A stretch of DNA of 64,000 nucleotides from Acidimicrobiales bacterium. GTDB taxonomy: Bacteria; Actinomycetota; Acidimicrobiia; Acidimicrobiales; CATQHL01. Within the stretch, counting starts at the first letter, position 1. Every line of letters starts with the position of its first letter. The notes below the pieces were generated by a model, which was not told the DNA's origin, did no database searches, and saw only the letters and a list, made by a program, of their open reading frames with translations. A program made the translations under genes and the position numbers. Of the stretch, positions 12,801-21,303 are shown piece by piece. Location of the stretch: NCBI GenBank assembly GCA_965242895.1, contig OZ251507.1:2592286-2656285 (forward strand). Direction: 5' to 3'.

Positions 12801-13205
12801 AGCGAGCGCCTGCCGTTACCAGAAGAGGCGGATGCGCCTGGAGCGCTCTTCCCCGGCGCCGACGAGGGTGCGTCTGGAGCGGCCGTGCCAGGGGAGACTC
12901 CTGGAACGGTCGCCCAAGCCGGAGGACAGGGTTCGAACGTCCAGCAAAAAATCCTAACTGTGCCCCAAAAACCCAAGCTGACAAGGTTCTACGCCCAATT
13001 CGACCTAGACTCCACCCGCCCCATCAAGCAGCTAGGCGAGATACTCGAGCACGTAACTCACCACCTAGGGTCAGACGTGGAGTTGTCGCTAGAGATAAAT
13101 GCCAAGAGCCCCGAAGGCTACGACGACAACACCCGACGAGTAGTCTCGGAAAACTCCATCCAGCTAGGAGCAAAAGGCGCCGAATTCGAAGACCAAGAGG
13201 AGTAA
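9819..13205 (+). CDS. DUF499-family P-loop ATPase with N-terminal Swt1-like HEPN domain
   Basis: The HEPN Rx4H motif is in ATARNRWAHQEQFS. Walker A-like motif is TNFGGGKTHSM and Walker B-like motif is AVVLIDEWVAY. The large size and the position next to DUF1156 genes fit the known DUF1156/DUF499 pairing. Confidence 0.75.
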   Translation: MATMTNNARVAKALELLRDGLAPKCEETWKGFYGGGWLKTVNRMQRTQAHDPSTSDVSFLLNAIKSTWDEVFSHGFPRAVLSLVFEAATARNRWAHQEQFSSDDTNRALDTMERLLDAFGNVEQQQQMRSLRRDLMRRVFEQESHNERRKASAKPTEGEPQGGLTPWREIITPHEDVRSGRLNQAEFAADLHEVASGRGEEEYGDPKAFFARTYMTRGLEDLLVGAARRLSGGAGEPVIQLQTNFGGGKTHSMIALYHLASGVPPSELPGVGELLSGENLTLPSEISKAVLVGHKISVSTPETEDMEGRTLPDGIRLHTLWGHLAYQLGGKEGYELVRADDEAATNPGDSLRALFTRFGPAVVLIDEWVAYARQLPDGGSGWRAREAGGDFDTQFTFAQALTEAAAAVSNVVVLITVPASDIEVGGELGRSALARLENVVSRTAKQWQAASPAESFEIVRRRLFDEIAADKVKMRDAVIAAFSKWYGDKARAPDFPIEVKEAEYRRKMEACYPIHPELFDRLFGDWSTLDKFQRTRGVLRLMALAISELWKRGDQSLLIMPGNLPMDSGVLVSEMTKYLEDGWDPVIKTDIDGEGSLPLRLDRENKHFGRYSAARRAARTVYMGSAPGGEGIEGGVQRGIDLKRVVLGCVQPGEPPNQFVDALRRLSGSDAATYLYVDGASYWYSRQINVARLARDRAEGYLDRDADEEVRKRIERQSGRGRRGSFSAVQVFAEGPGDVPDDDDGVRLVVLTPEKTHSRGDEHSQASGLAGEILNQRDAGPRLNRNMLVFTAADANRLIDLRAAAKSFMAWKSIDEEAETLNLTAHQNKQADTKSKETDEQVESQIAETFILVLTPKGKPGTSEIDWQTTRVSPSSKERWLAARVSRKLESEEKLISTYGGVRVKMDLDRFKLWSERGDLQVRTLWEKYARFLYMPRLASLKFLLEAVGDGPGSTMWREETFAYAEAWDEQRETWVGVRSGARANANISGFVVQSERLPLPEEADAPGALFPGADEGASGAAVPGETPGTVAQAGGQGSNVQQKILTVPQKPKLTRFYAQFDLDSTRPIKQLGEILEHVTHHLGSDVELSLEINAKSPEGYDDNTRRVVSENSIQLGAKGAEFEDQEE

Positions 13206-13259
13206 GGGGAGCGAGGGTTGGGGTCACCACAGCTAGTTGGGAGCGCTGCAGCTAGCTGA

Positions 13260-14081
13260 TCATTGGTCAAAATCAAGTAGGGTATTCTGCAGAGATTTTG
13301 GAGGCCAAAAAATTCCCAGAATCAAAAAAGATTTAGGGTGGATTTTTTGGTTGCCAACAAAAAGGACTGTGTCGCGGTCGTCAGACCATATCTCATCACA
13401 AAATTTCTTTTGCATCTTTTGTTTCCAGTCATTCGCATTCTTTACTTTCCTATACAAAGCAGAAATCTCCCAGTCGACGATGCTCTGCTCATGGCTTTTG
13501 CATTCTGGAGCAAGACAATAATATTTATACTTAAATTTCCAGGGTCTAAATTCGAGAGGTATTGCTTTGCTAGCTGGAGTATCGAAAAGATCTTGCTGGC
13601 CGGTGATTGACTCCAATTTTGTTGTAAAAGCACGCTTTTCCTTTTCGGTTCGTTTGGAGATAAGTAGCTTTGGTTTTTCCTTGGCCCTAACGATCGATAG
13701 TGAAGGCCTGGATTTTCCTGTTTTAGACGTAGCACCTTTCCTCAGGTCGCACATAGTAAACTCATCAAGTTGTTGCACTCGCTCACGACGTAGTGCCCAA
13801 TTCTTTGCGTCAATCAACTTACCAGTTTTTATTGTGTCAAGAATAGGGGTTCGAGATTCTTGCCTCGTGTCATCTCTTGGACGCGTCACCTCTAACTCGA
13901 TTTCCTGATACTTCTTGAATTTGGATTCATCGTCCAGATCACGGAACGGGGTCGGGAAAAGACGTATCCATTTTGGTTTTTCGTCAAGGGTCATACCTGC
14001 CACACATACGGCTTCTTCTTTGGAGGCCAAGATAGGAGCAGCTTTGACGAGTATCATCAATTTAAGTTGTTCGCTAGTCAT
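13260..14081 (-). CDS. Hypothetical protein (273 aa), family not recognised
   Basis: Clean AT-rich ORF. Features: LFPTPFRDL, KYKYYCLAPECKSHEQSIVDWEISALYRKV, a C-terminal FVGNQKIHPKSFLILGIFWPP, and possible C-x3-C-x2-H metal ligands. Confidence 0.6.
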   Translation of the reverse strand: MTSEQLKLMILVKAAPILASKEEAVCVAGMTLDEKPKWIRLFPTPFRDLDDESKFKKYQEIELEVTRPRDDTRQESRTPILDTIKTGKLIDAKNWALRRERVQQLDEFTMCDLRKGATSKTGKSRPSLSIVRAKEKPKLLISKRTEKEKRAFTTKLESITGQQDLFDTPASKAIPLEFRPWKFKYKYYCLAPECKSHEQSIVDWEISALYRKVKNANDWKQKMQKKFCDEIWSDDRDTVLFVGNQKIHPKSFLILGIFWPPKSLQNTLLDFDQ

Positions 14082-14106
14082 TACTGCCAGTTTAGTTGCA
14101 CGAAAC

Positions 14107-14352
14107 TTATATGGGCAGGATTTCCGTTGCCGGATTGCGTGCTCGGATGTTGTCAGTTATCACCGAGCGGTGGCATTCGGAGTGCTCTCGCTCGAACCAG
14201 AGGAGTGCCACACGGTGTTTAGCAATCAACTCGAGAATCTACTAAAAAGCCTTTTGAGCTGTTCTGCAGCAGATGCTCGCAGCATTTTCTTGCCGTTTCT
14301 GATCCGCTTTGAAATCCGTCGCGGTGATCCCGAGGGTTGTCCAAAGACCTCG
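14107..14352 (-). pseudogene. 5'-truncated, frame-disrupted fragment of a DUF488 paralogue
   Basis: The minus strand reads DNPRDHRDGFQSGSETARKCCEHLLQNSSKGF, then a frame break, then ILELIAKHRVALLWFEREHSECHRSVITDNIRARNPATEILPI stop. This is collinear with the C-terminal half of the intact DUF488 gene at 18282-18743. Confidence 0.8.
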
Positions 14353-14415
14353 TCACACGCGTGAACTCACAGCACTACCGCTATTGTCCTCTCTGATAGT
14401 GGAGGGGTTGGCTGC
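14353..14415 (+). pseudogene. Fragment homologous to the 3' end of the SLOG-like gene
   Basis: ACGCGTGAACTCACAGCACTACCG...TCTCTGATAGTGGAGGGGTTGGCTGC aligns with 21237-21297 (ACGCGTGAACTCACGGCAGTACCC...TCTCTTATCGTGGATGCGTTGGCTGG). Identity is about 70-75% by eye with a 1-nt indel. Confidence 0.6.
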
Positions 14416-14487
14416 AAGGTCTCAAAGGCTTAGCCTTGCTCCTTCAGTTGCCGGTTGCTGATGCGCTTCTTTGCCCAGTTAGCTCAG

Positions 14488-17400
14488 TCAATCGATATCT
14501 GACCCCTCTTCTTCAGGTGCGATTTCGAGCCCTCGTTCACGAAGAGCAGTTTCTAAGCGCTCGTACTCGGGCGTCCCGCTGAGTTCTTGAGCCGATTCGA
14601 GGGCTTGACAAGCGTAGTCATTTGCTCTGGACATTGTGTCCAGAGAGTTGTTTACACGAATCAAATAGTTGAATATCTCTAAGCAACTTTTCTTGTCCTC
14701 AAGCTTTAGTGCTCGTTCTGTGACCTGGCGTTCCGCATTGATGTGGCCGCCAGTTAATTTCAGAGTTTCTAAAGTTCGTCTAGCCCATTGTGCGTCGTCT
14801 ATAGAGAATACTTCGGAATACCAACCGAAGCCTCTAAGATGCTTCGGTTCCTTCAGTTCTAACACCTTGCCCCAAAAGCAGTCGGCGATCCTGGCCATTT
14901 TGTGTCTTTGAGGGTCGATTACGGCTCGCAGGTATTTCCCAATTCGTTCGCCGGCGTAGGAGATTGCCGTGATTTCTCTCTGCCATGGGGCGGCAGGATC
15001 TGGTAATTTTCTTGCTGTCTTCGGAGGAACTTGATCGAGAAAATCGATAACTCCTTTGACAGAGTATCCCTCGTGTTCTCGAAGCATGCCCACTAGATAA
15101 TAGAACAAAGATTCCGGGACGTGCCTCTTGACGGAATTTTCGATCATCTCTCTGTAATTCCTAAACAGCCAGTCGCTCGGCTGCCCTCTACTGAAGGTCT
15201 GCTCAACGGTTCGTTGAGCGAGCCCGTCGGGGGCATGCTCACCGAATATTAAATCACGCGTATTCTCAAGCCATTCTGGCGCTAAGTGCTCTAGCCAGTC
15301 CAGAGTAGGGGCGATGATCGCTCGGCACTCAATGCCATCCTGTCCGCCAAGTTGTAGGCAGTCTTCCAGAATTTGGAGAGTTTCTGGTCGTACAATCTTG
15401 AATTTGTTGTATTCGTATCTTGAAAAGAACAATAGTGAAAGCAGGGCATAGGTGCATGTGCGGTCGAAAGCAATTCTGAACGTATCGAGGCGAAGATCGG
15501 AATACATCCTTGATGGTTCTGAGCGATCCTCGATTTGCTGTTTTAGTATGTTCCATACTCTGTCTCGGCGATTTCCATAACCGATTTCCGAATTGGCAAG
15601 GACGTCGATAAGTTCGATACTGGCACGCTTCGTTTTGTTCCAGTTTATGTCGTAGTCGGACTGACTATTCCCGAGCGGCTCGACATCCTGGGGCTCACTA
15701 TAAATCGTTTCGACAAAGTCAATCAGTTCAGCAATTTGTTGGTCGCTGGGTTTAACATTCCCATTGTTGATCGCTGATGCAATTCCACTAAGATAGTGGT
15801 GAATATAAGTGGGGTGACGGAGTGTTTCCAGAATACTCTGAGGAGACTTCAACCATTCGTTTGGACTTGCCTGTACCGTCGAAAGGAGTGCGGCTCCTAG
15901 TTCGTGGGGAGTCTGGACGATTTCCCGATCTGACTGCGAAGAGACCTTAGGTCTCCAAGCGGCGATTAGTGAAGCTGCTTCTTCGGGGGCAAGCTTCTGC
16001 AATTCTTCAGCACTGAATGGGCTTGTAGTCATGAAATATTCTGTTTTGAAGGCGAACTCAAGGTCGTGCCGGTTGTGCGGCAAATGCAGTTTTGCCAACT
16101 CTTGGAGCGCCAGTTCCCAGTCTTGGCGGAGGTTGTCCAACAGCTTCTCGTTCTGGCTTGAATCTTCTGTCAGTATGTTGACCCAGTCCAGCTTTCTGCG
16201 CCATTCATCGGGTATGAAGTTTTCTGATATCGCATCTTTGATTTTTTCCGAATTCGGAGCATCATCCAGCGCTTCGTTCCAAATAGGGGCGAATTCGCTG
16301 TTTTCGCAATCTTTTACAATGCGATTAAGTAGCGATATGTGGTCGCCAGTAACCTTGTGGGATTTGATTGCTTCAGCGATTTCCCTGATGCGTGTTCCAT
16401 TCTGGGCGCTGTCGGAAGTAGCGAGAAGCCAAGCTCGAACTCGCTGCTGCATGAAAGGTGGCAGTTCGGATAGGCTTTCAATTAGCTCTTCGGCTGTAGT
16501 CCAGGATTGGGACTTTTGAAGGATTGTTAGCAGACCGTTCAGTAGAACTGAGAAAAAACCATTGTAATCAGTCCTGCGAACACTTACCTCACCCTCAGTG
16601 GCCTTGTAATCACTTACTGAGCCTTCTTGAAAGTGTTCTAGCCTGCGACGTGTGCGCTTGTTTTCAGGAACGCCCTTAAGTTTGTAACAGATAAGTTCAG
16701 TTCGCGTGGCATAGTTAGATTCAGTAATGCCTTCAGCGAATGCCTCTATCAATTTGGTGTTATTGTGCAGCGACATAGAGTCTTCAATAAATCTAGGTGG
16801 GTTTGGACTGACTAATTTGTCAAAGAGATTTGTCAGCAAGTTACTTGCGGGTTCGGCCTTCGCAGAAGCCCAATATCCTAGTTCGACGATCTCTGGCCTC
16901 GCCGGAAAGTTCAAAACAGCTTTTAGCACGATGGGCAGAGCATCTGCTCCTATATGAAAGGCGCATAGGGTGATATGCCAGATTGTTTCGTGCTCGTTCT
17001 TGTATTTTTCAAGTAATGTGTCGAGCAGGTCAACTATCTCGGTAGGGAATTCTTGATACAGGTTTTTAAGTGCGTAAGATGCCGGCCAAAATTCTCCAGG
17101 AGGTCCAGGTCTATATATTGGTGGATCGATTATGTCGGTTTCTAGCAGTACTTTAAGCCAATCCAAAGAAGACAGATGCTCAAAAAAATGTCTGTAGTGA
17201 GTCGCCGTAACAGCGTATTGCCGCAGTTGCTTAATGTCATCTTCAGTTGGCGCTTCGATCCTTGCTAACGATTCCAATTTGCGAATTCGCTTTGCTGGCG
17301 GCATGAATAGTGCTTCGAATGCTTTCAGACACTCTGACCATTTAGCTTGAGTTTCTTGAAGGGTTGCTTCAGTATGAAGTTGGTGGTTGAGCTCTTTATG

Positions 17401-17913
17401 TACTGCAATGAAGTGTTTTAGGGCAGGGGTTTTATCCTTTGGAAGATAACTTGTTCGAGCCTCAATAATATTTTGCAATTTCCTATAATCAGTGTCTTTG
17501 GTTTGGAATTTTCTTAGCTCATCGAGACTTTTTCGGAAATTGTCGTATGCTTCTTCTTTATTTTGTTGAGAATCGTAACGGGCACTTTCAGATTTATGTT
17601 GAGCTGAGGCGACCTTGCGCGTAAGTTGTCCTATGGTGGGCGTTTTTTGGGCATGCGGGAGGGTGAGAAGCTCTTCGGGGGCTTCCAGCAGAGCAGTCAT
17701 TGCTTGGCGTAAAGAATATGCGACCAGTTCAGCAGTACTGGGTGCTGCCAGTTCAACAGTGCTGGGTATAGTCGCATTATTCATTTCTAAGAGCACCTGT
17801 GCAGTTCCCAAGAATACACTTGCCCTCTTGCCCATATCCCCGAATTCTTCTTCAAGGTGAGTTAGGAATTGAGGATCAAGCTTTTTCAGTATTGGTTTTG
17901 CGATTGTTTTCAT
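14488..17913 (-). CDS. Large all-helical protein of unknown family, paralogue 1 (1,141 aa)
   Basis: Collinear with 21857-25234 and 26350-29718. Shared blocks include HITLCAFHIGADALP, ELICYKLK, FFS[IV]LLNGLLTIL, DEWRRKLDWVNILT and ADCFWGKVLE.K.PKHL.GFGWYSE.FSIDD.QWA.RTLETL.LTGGHIN. I found no Walker A, HExxH or other catalytic motif. Confidence 0.8.
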   Translation of the reverse strand: MKTIAKPILKKLDPQFLTHLEEEFGDMGKRASVFLGTAQVLLEMNNATIPSTVELAAPSTAELVAYSLRQAMTALLEAPEELLTLPHAQKTPTIGQLTRKVASAQHKSESARYDSQQNKEEAYDNFRKSLDELRKFQTKDTDYRKLQNIIEARTSYLPKDKTPALKHFIAVHKELNHQLHTEATLQETQAKWSECLKAFEALFMPPAKRIRKLESLARIEAPTEDDIKQLRQYAVTATHYRHFFEHLSSLDWLKVLLETDIIDPPIYRPGPPGEFWPASYALKNLYQEFPTEIVDLLDTLLEKYKNEHETIWHITLCAFHIGADALPIVLKAVLNFPARPEIVELGYWASAKAEPASNLLTNLFDKLVSPNPPRFIEDSMSLHNNTKLIEAFAEGITESNYATRTELICYKLKGVPENKRTRRRLEHFQEGSVSDYKATEGEVSVRRTDYNGFFSVLLNGLLTILQKSQSWTTAEELIESLSELPPFMQQRVRAWLLATSDSAQNGTRIREIAEAIKSHKVTGDHISLLNRIVKDCENSEFAPIWNEALDDAPNSEKIKDAISENFIPDEWRRKLDWVNILTEDSSQNEKLLDNLRQDWELALQELAKLHLPHNRHDLEFAFKTEYFMTTSPFSAEELQKLAPEEAASLIAAWRPKVSSQSDREIVQTPHELGAALLSTVQASPNEWLKSPQSILETLRHPTYIHHYLSGIASAINNGNVKPSDQQIAELIDFVETIYSEPQDVEPLGNSQSDYDINWNKTKRASIELIDVLANSEIGYGNRRDRVWNILKQQIEDRSEPSRMYSDLRLDTFRIAFDRTCTYALLSLLFFSRYEYNKFKIVRPETLQILEDCLQLGGQDGIECRAIIAPTLDWLEHLAPEWLENTRDLIFGEHAPDGLAQRTVEQTFSRGQPSDWLFRNYREMIENSVKRHVPESLFYYLVGMLREHEGYSVKGVIDFLDQVPPKTARKLPDPAAPWQREITAISYAGERIGKYLRAVIDPQRHKMARIADCFWGKVLELKEPKHLRGFGWYSEVFSIDDAQWARRTLETLKLTGGHINAERQVTERALKLEDKKSCLEIFNYLIRVNNSLDTMSRANDYACQALESAQELSGTPEYERLETALRERGLEIAPEEEGSDID

Positions 17914-17915
17914 TC

Positions 17916-18095
17916 TTGACCTCTGATTAGTCGAGGATGCTGCGATTTGCTGTCTTGGATCATCATGAGTAGTAGATTTCCTTGTGAATATTAAGGCATT
18001 TTTCCCACATTTGTTCTACTTCTCTTCCCGATGTCCTTTCATGTACACCTTTTTGGGCCTGTTTGATGAGGTCAACTTGCTTTCGAGCGCCCCTA
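17916..18095 (-). pseudogene. C-terminal remnant of the small helical partner gene
   Basis: The minus strand reads RKQVDLIKQAQKGVHERTSGREVEQMWEKCLNIHKEIYYS stop (TGA at 17963-17965). This matches DDLIKKVQEGVHKKISGKEVEEIWKECLCIHRKIY of 25236-25856. Only the last ~45 codons survive. The AATCAGAGG junction before the large-gene ATG is retained. Confidence 0.75.
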
Positions 18096-18134
18096 CCAAC
18101 GCGGCCGCAACGCGGAATCGAGGGGTTGCAGTGT

Positions 18135-18265
18135 TTCTAGTTGACTTCGAGCACCCTGACACAGCCTGTCATTCCGCCTGGGTTCCTGCTCCCGCGTGAG
18201 CAAGAAGTTGGCAGGCGAGGAGAAGTTGATTTCTTTCTACAGCGGAGTCTGGATCAAGATGGACT
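18135..18265 (+). pseudogene. Short fragment of a second DUF499-type gene
   Basis: GTGAGCAAGAAGTTGGCAGGCGAGGAGAAGTTGATTTCTTTCTACAGCGGAGTCTGGATCAAGATGGACTTGGAACGT aligns at ~75% by eye with 12471-12548 of the intact DUF499 gene. The peptides are SRKLESEEKLISTYGGVRVKMDLDR (intact) and SKKLAGEEKLISFYSGVWIKMDLER (fragment). Confidence 0.65.
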
Positions 18266-18281
18266 TGGAACGTACAGAAAC

Positions 18282-18743
18282 TTAAACGGGCAGGATTTCC
18301 GTTGCCGGGTTGAGCGCTTGGATGTTGTCGGTTATCACCGAGCGGTGGCATTCGGAGTGTTCCCGCTCGAAGCAGAGGAGCGCCACACGGTGTCTAGCCA
18401 TTAACTCGAGTATCGATTCAAAGGCCTCTTTCGAGCCGTTCAGCAGCAGATGCTCGTAGCGCTTTCTTGCCGTTTCTGACCCGTTTTGAAATCCGTCTCG
18501 GTTATCCCGAGGATTGCCCAAAGACGGCTCGTGCCTGTAAACGATCCCTCTCTCGCCGAGAGCCTCCGCAAGTGCCTTTTTCGAGAATCCTTTCTTGCGG
18601 GAAATAGGGGTCAGTCTGACATCCACGAGGATGTCAATTTCGCTGTCAACAAGTCGGGTGAGAAAGTCTTCCAAGCAAAGCCCTTGATACCCAGCCGAAA
18701 AGATGGTTCCGCCGGCTCCGTCGTTCCCGATCTCCGGCGGCAT
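18282..18743 (-). CDS. DUF488 family protein
   Basis: TIFSAGYQGLCLEDFLTRLVDSEIDILVDVRLTPISRKKGFSKKAL and ALLCFEREHSECHRSVI match the DUF488 signature as I remember it. Confidence 0.75.
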   Translation of the reverse strand: MPPEIGNDGAGGTIFSAGYQGLCLEDFLTRLVDSEIDILVDVRLTPISRKKGFSKKALAEALGERGIVYRHEPSLGNPRDNRDGFQNGSETARKRYEHLLLNGSKEAFESILELMARHRVALLCFEREHSECHRSVITDNIQALNPATEILPV

Positions 18744-19115
18744 TCGCCCACCCTACACGACTTTGCACAATTTATACACATTCAATCCAATTAGGTGCGG
18801 GGAGCAGCGAAAGACAGAGCAGTGAAGGTCGGTGTGCGGTTCGTCGATTCCACAACCGAGAGACAGGAGACCACCAGTGTGAAAGACAGGGCAGTGAAGT
18901 TCGGTGTGCGCTTCCTTTACAGGTGGGTTTCACCGACGAGCGCAGCAGCTGCAGTTCTCAGGTGCATCTGAGGCTCTGGCTCAGTAGCGCTAAGCGAGAG
19001 TGGGTTGGGAGCGTTGCTATCTGTCCAACCATTGGATAGACTACATCAGTGTGATTTACGAAGGTCACAGATTTCAGATTTAGGTACAGTGCAAGATCAG
19101 AAAGGTAGGTCGAAA

Positions 19116-19493
19116 ATGGCCAAGAAGCGTGTGTTCGTGAGCTTTGACTACGACAACGACAAAGATCTCAAGGAGTTATTGGTTGGACAAGCGAGGAACC
19201 CTGATTCCCCATTCGAGGTTATCGATCATTCTCTGAAGGAGGCTCAGCCAGAGAAGGACTGGGAAGAGAAAGCCGAGATGGCTATCAAGCGTGCGGAATT
19301 CTTCATTGTGATGCTCGGCTCTCGCACAAGGTGGGCATCTGGGGTACTTAAAGAGGTGAAGATTGCTCAGAAACTCAATAAGAAGAAATTTCAACTAATT
19401 GGCCGTCCAGAGGGATCTGAGTCGTGGGCTGTGCCAGGAGGTGGAAGGACTTACAGGTGGGCATGGCCGAATCTCAAGAATTTGTTGAGCTAG
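19116..19493 (+). CDS. TIR-like domain protein (DUF1863 / MTH538-type, ThsB-like)
   Basis: MAKKRVFVSFDYDNDKDLKELLVGQ... then FFIVMLGSRTRWASGVLKEVKIA. RBS AAAGGTAGG lies upstream of ATG 19116. The ORF-track start at 19005 is probably too early. Confidence 0.7.
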   Translation: MAKKRVFVSFDYDNDKDLKELLVGQARNPDSPFEVIDHSLKEAQPEKDWEEKAEMAIKRAEFFIVMLGSRTRWASGVLKEVKIAQKLNKKKFQLIGRPEGSESWAVPGGGRTYRWAWPNLKNLLS

Positions 19494-19510
19494 AAGAAAG
19501 GCAGTCTGTG

Positions 19511-20680
19511 ATGACACGGCCGTATGAAGTTGTAATCGTCCACGAGGATCTTGACGATTGGGCTAGGGAAGTTAAGGAGTCCGTAAGGGAGACTGGCGAG
19601 ACAATTCTTTCTCAGTCTGAGGCGATCGGTTGCAGGGAAGTCAATTCTCGTGATGACTTATGTGAACTAAGTAATCCGGAGCATCATGTCGTCGTGCTCT
19701 ATTTGGGGAACAGAGCTGGAGGTCAAAGTGAAGCGATTAATTCGGCTCTCAATATGGCGCTAGAGAATTCAATATCGGTTCTACCAGTGGTGAGACAATC
19801 TGATCCTGGCGATGTTGAGGAAAAGCTGCCCCAGTCTGTGCAATTGCTTAATGCAGCAGATTGGAATGAAGATCGCGGTCGGGCGCTTACTGCTTTGCGG
19901 CAGATGCTTGGACTAGAGGAGTCGGAGCGCAAAGTATTTATATCTTATTCTCGTCAGGAATCTAGCGAAATAGCGTTTCAGCTGCACGACGCTTTATCCA
20001 GGCGCAAGTTCGACGTGTTTCTGGATCGATTCAGTGTGCAGCCTGGAGAAGATTTTCAGCGGAAGCTTGATCAGGAGCTGGCAGACAAGGCTTTTGTTGT
20101 GCTTCTCGAGAGCCCAGGTGTTCGAGAATCGAGATGGATTCAGCATGAGATTTCCTACGCACTCGATCACCGCATCGGTGTCTTGGCAGTCACGATGCCG
20201 AGTGTCGGGTCGGAATCGGTCTCCGTTGTGCACGAAGCTTTCCGCTTGCGTCTTTGTCCTACCGAGTTTGCCGGCGGAGGAGAACTAACAGATAAAGCCC
20301 TTGAGAGGGTTTTAAGCGAAATAGAACTCAGACATGCTCAAGCGCTACGAAGACGACGGGAGCAACTTCTAGGAAGTCTGCGTGAGAAGCTGGTCAAGGA
20401 CGGGGGCTGCTGTCGCCCCGCGGCAGATTGGGCGGTTGTCGCATCGGTGCCGGGAGAGGGAACTTCAGCGTTTCTGATAACACCTAGGAGTCCATGCCCT
20501 AGCGATCTCTACCGCCTCTACCAAATTCGCTCCAACGCCGTTTCCTACGCTGGCAGCGACCTAAAAGCAGTACTTGTTCACGCAACCGAGAACATCAGTT
20601 GTGAACAAGAATCTCTGATTGATTGGGTCAAGGAAGGGTGGGGGTTGGATGTGCTGGTATTGCAAGACTTTAACTTTTAG
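19511..20680 (+). CDS. TIR domain protein with extra N-terminal (flavodoxin/TIR-like) and C-terminal unknown domains
   Basis: The central TIR is RKVFISYSRQESSEIAFQLHDALSRRKFDVFLDRFSVQPGEDF...AFVVLLESPGVRESRWIQHEISYAL, including an S-x-W-x3-E motif. ATG 19511 follows GAAGAAAGG. The 125-aa C-terminal region was not recognised. Confidence 0.75.
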   Translation: MTRPYEVVIVHEDLDDWAREVKESVRETGETILSQSEAIGCREVNSRDDLCELSNPEHHVVVLYLGNRAGGQSEAINSALNMALENSISVLPVVRQSDPGDVEEKLPQSVQLLNAADWNEDRGRALTALRQMLGLEESERKVFISYSRQESSEIAFQLHDALSRRKFDVFLDRFSVQPGEDFQRKLDQELADKAFVVLLESPGVRESRWIQHEISYALDHRIGVLAVTMPSVGSESVSVVHEAFRLRLCPTEFAGGGELTDKALERVLSEIELRHAQALRRRREQLLGSLREKLVKDGGCCRPAADWAVVASVPGEGTSAFLITPRSPCPSDLYRLYQIRSNAVSYAGSDLKAVLVHATENISCEQESLIDWVKEGWGLDVLVLQDFNF

Positions 20681-21303
20681 TGGATAATGGGGGTATGACC
20701 TCATTGGCTGGCAGCCATGTCTTCCTCTCAGCAAGTTTCCCTTCTGGCGAGAGGGGGCGGCAATTTGAGCCTTACAGCGCTCCCGCGATCGCTGACGCCG
20801 TTTCCGCTGTCGTGCGTGCCGTGCTGCGTAGTGAAGGCAAGTTGCTATTCGGCGGGCATCCGACGATCACTCCAATGGTTCTGCTGAATGGCTACGAGCT
20901 AGAAGTTGAGTGTGCTGTGGATATCTTTCAGTCGGAATGGTTTGAGGGCAGCATTACTGAAGAAACTCGCCAATTGATGGAATCAGGGGTGGGGGAAATC
21001 CATTGGACGGAAAAGAAAGACACACGGGAAAACAGTCTTGAGACAATGCGTAATGAGATGTTCAATTTCGTGCAGCCCGCAGGTGCTGTCTTCGTCGGGG
21101 GCATGGAAGGTATCCCGCTCGAATACGAGATGCTCGGCCGTCTCTGGCCAGACGTCCCGAGGGTTCCTCTTGCCGGTCCAGGCGGGGCGGCGGCCGACTT
21201 GGAGATCGATGAAAGTCTGCCCGAAGAACTCGCAGAACGCGTGAACTCACGGCAGTACCCGTTCTTGGCGTCTCTTATCGTGGATGCGTTGGCTGGCAGA
21301 TGA
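20680..21303 (+). CDS. SLOG/LOG-like Rossmannoid nucleotide-binding protein (putative)
   Basis: Two glycine loops typical of SLOG/LOG folds: KLLFGGHPTITPMVL and AVFVGGMEGIPLEYEML (GGxGxxxE-like). The start is GTG 20680, overlapping the upstream TAG, or ATG 20695. The stop overlaps the next gene's start (ATGA at 21300). Confidence 0.55.
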   Translation: MDNGGMTSLAGSHVFLSASFPSGERGRQFEPYSAPAIADAVSAVVRAVLRSEGKLLFGGHPTITPMVLLNGYELEVECAVDIFQSEWFEGSITEETRQLMESGVGEIHWTEKKDTRENSLETMRNEMFNFVQPAGAVFVGGMEGIPLEYEMLGRLWPDVPRVPLAGPGGAAADLEIDESLPEELAERVNSRQYPFLASLIVDALAGR

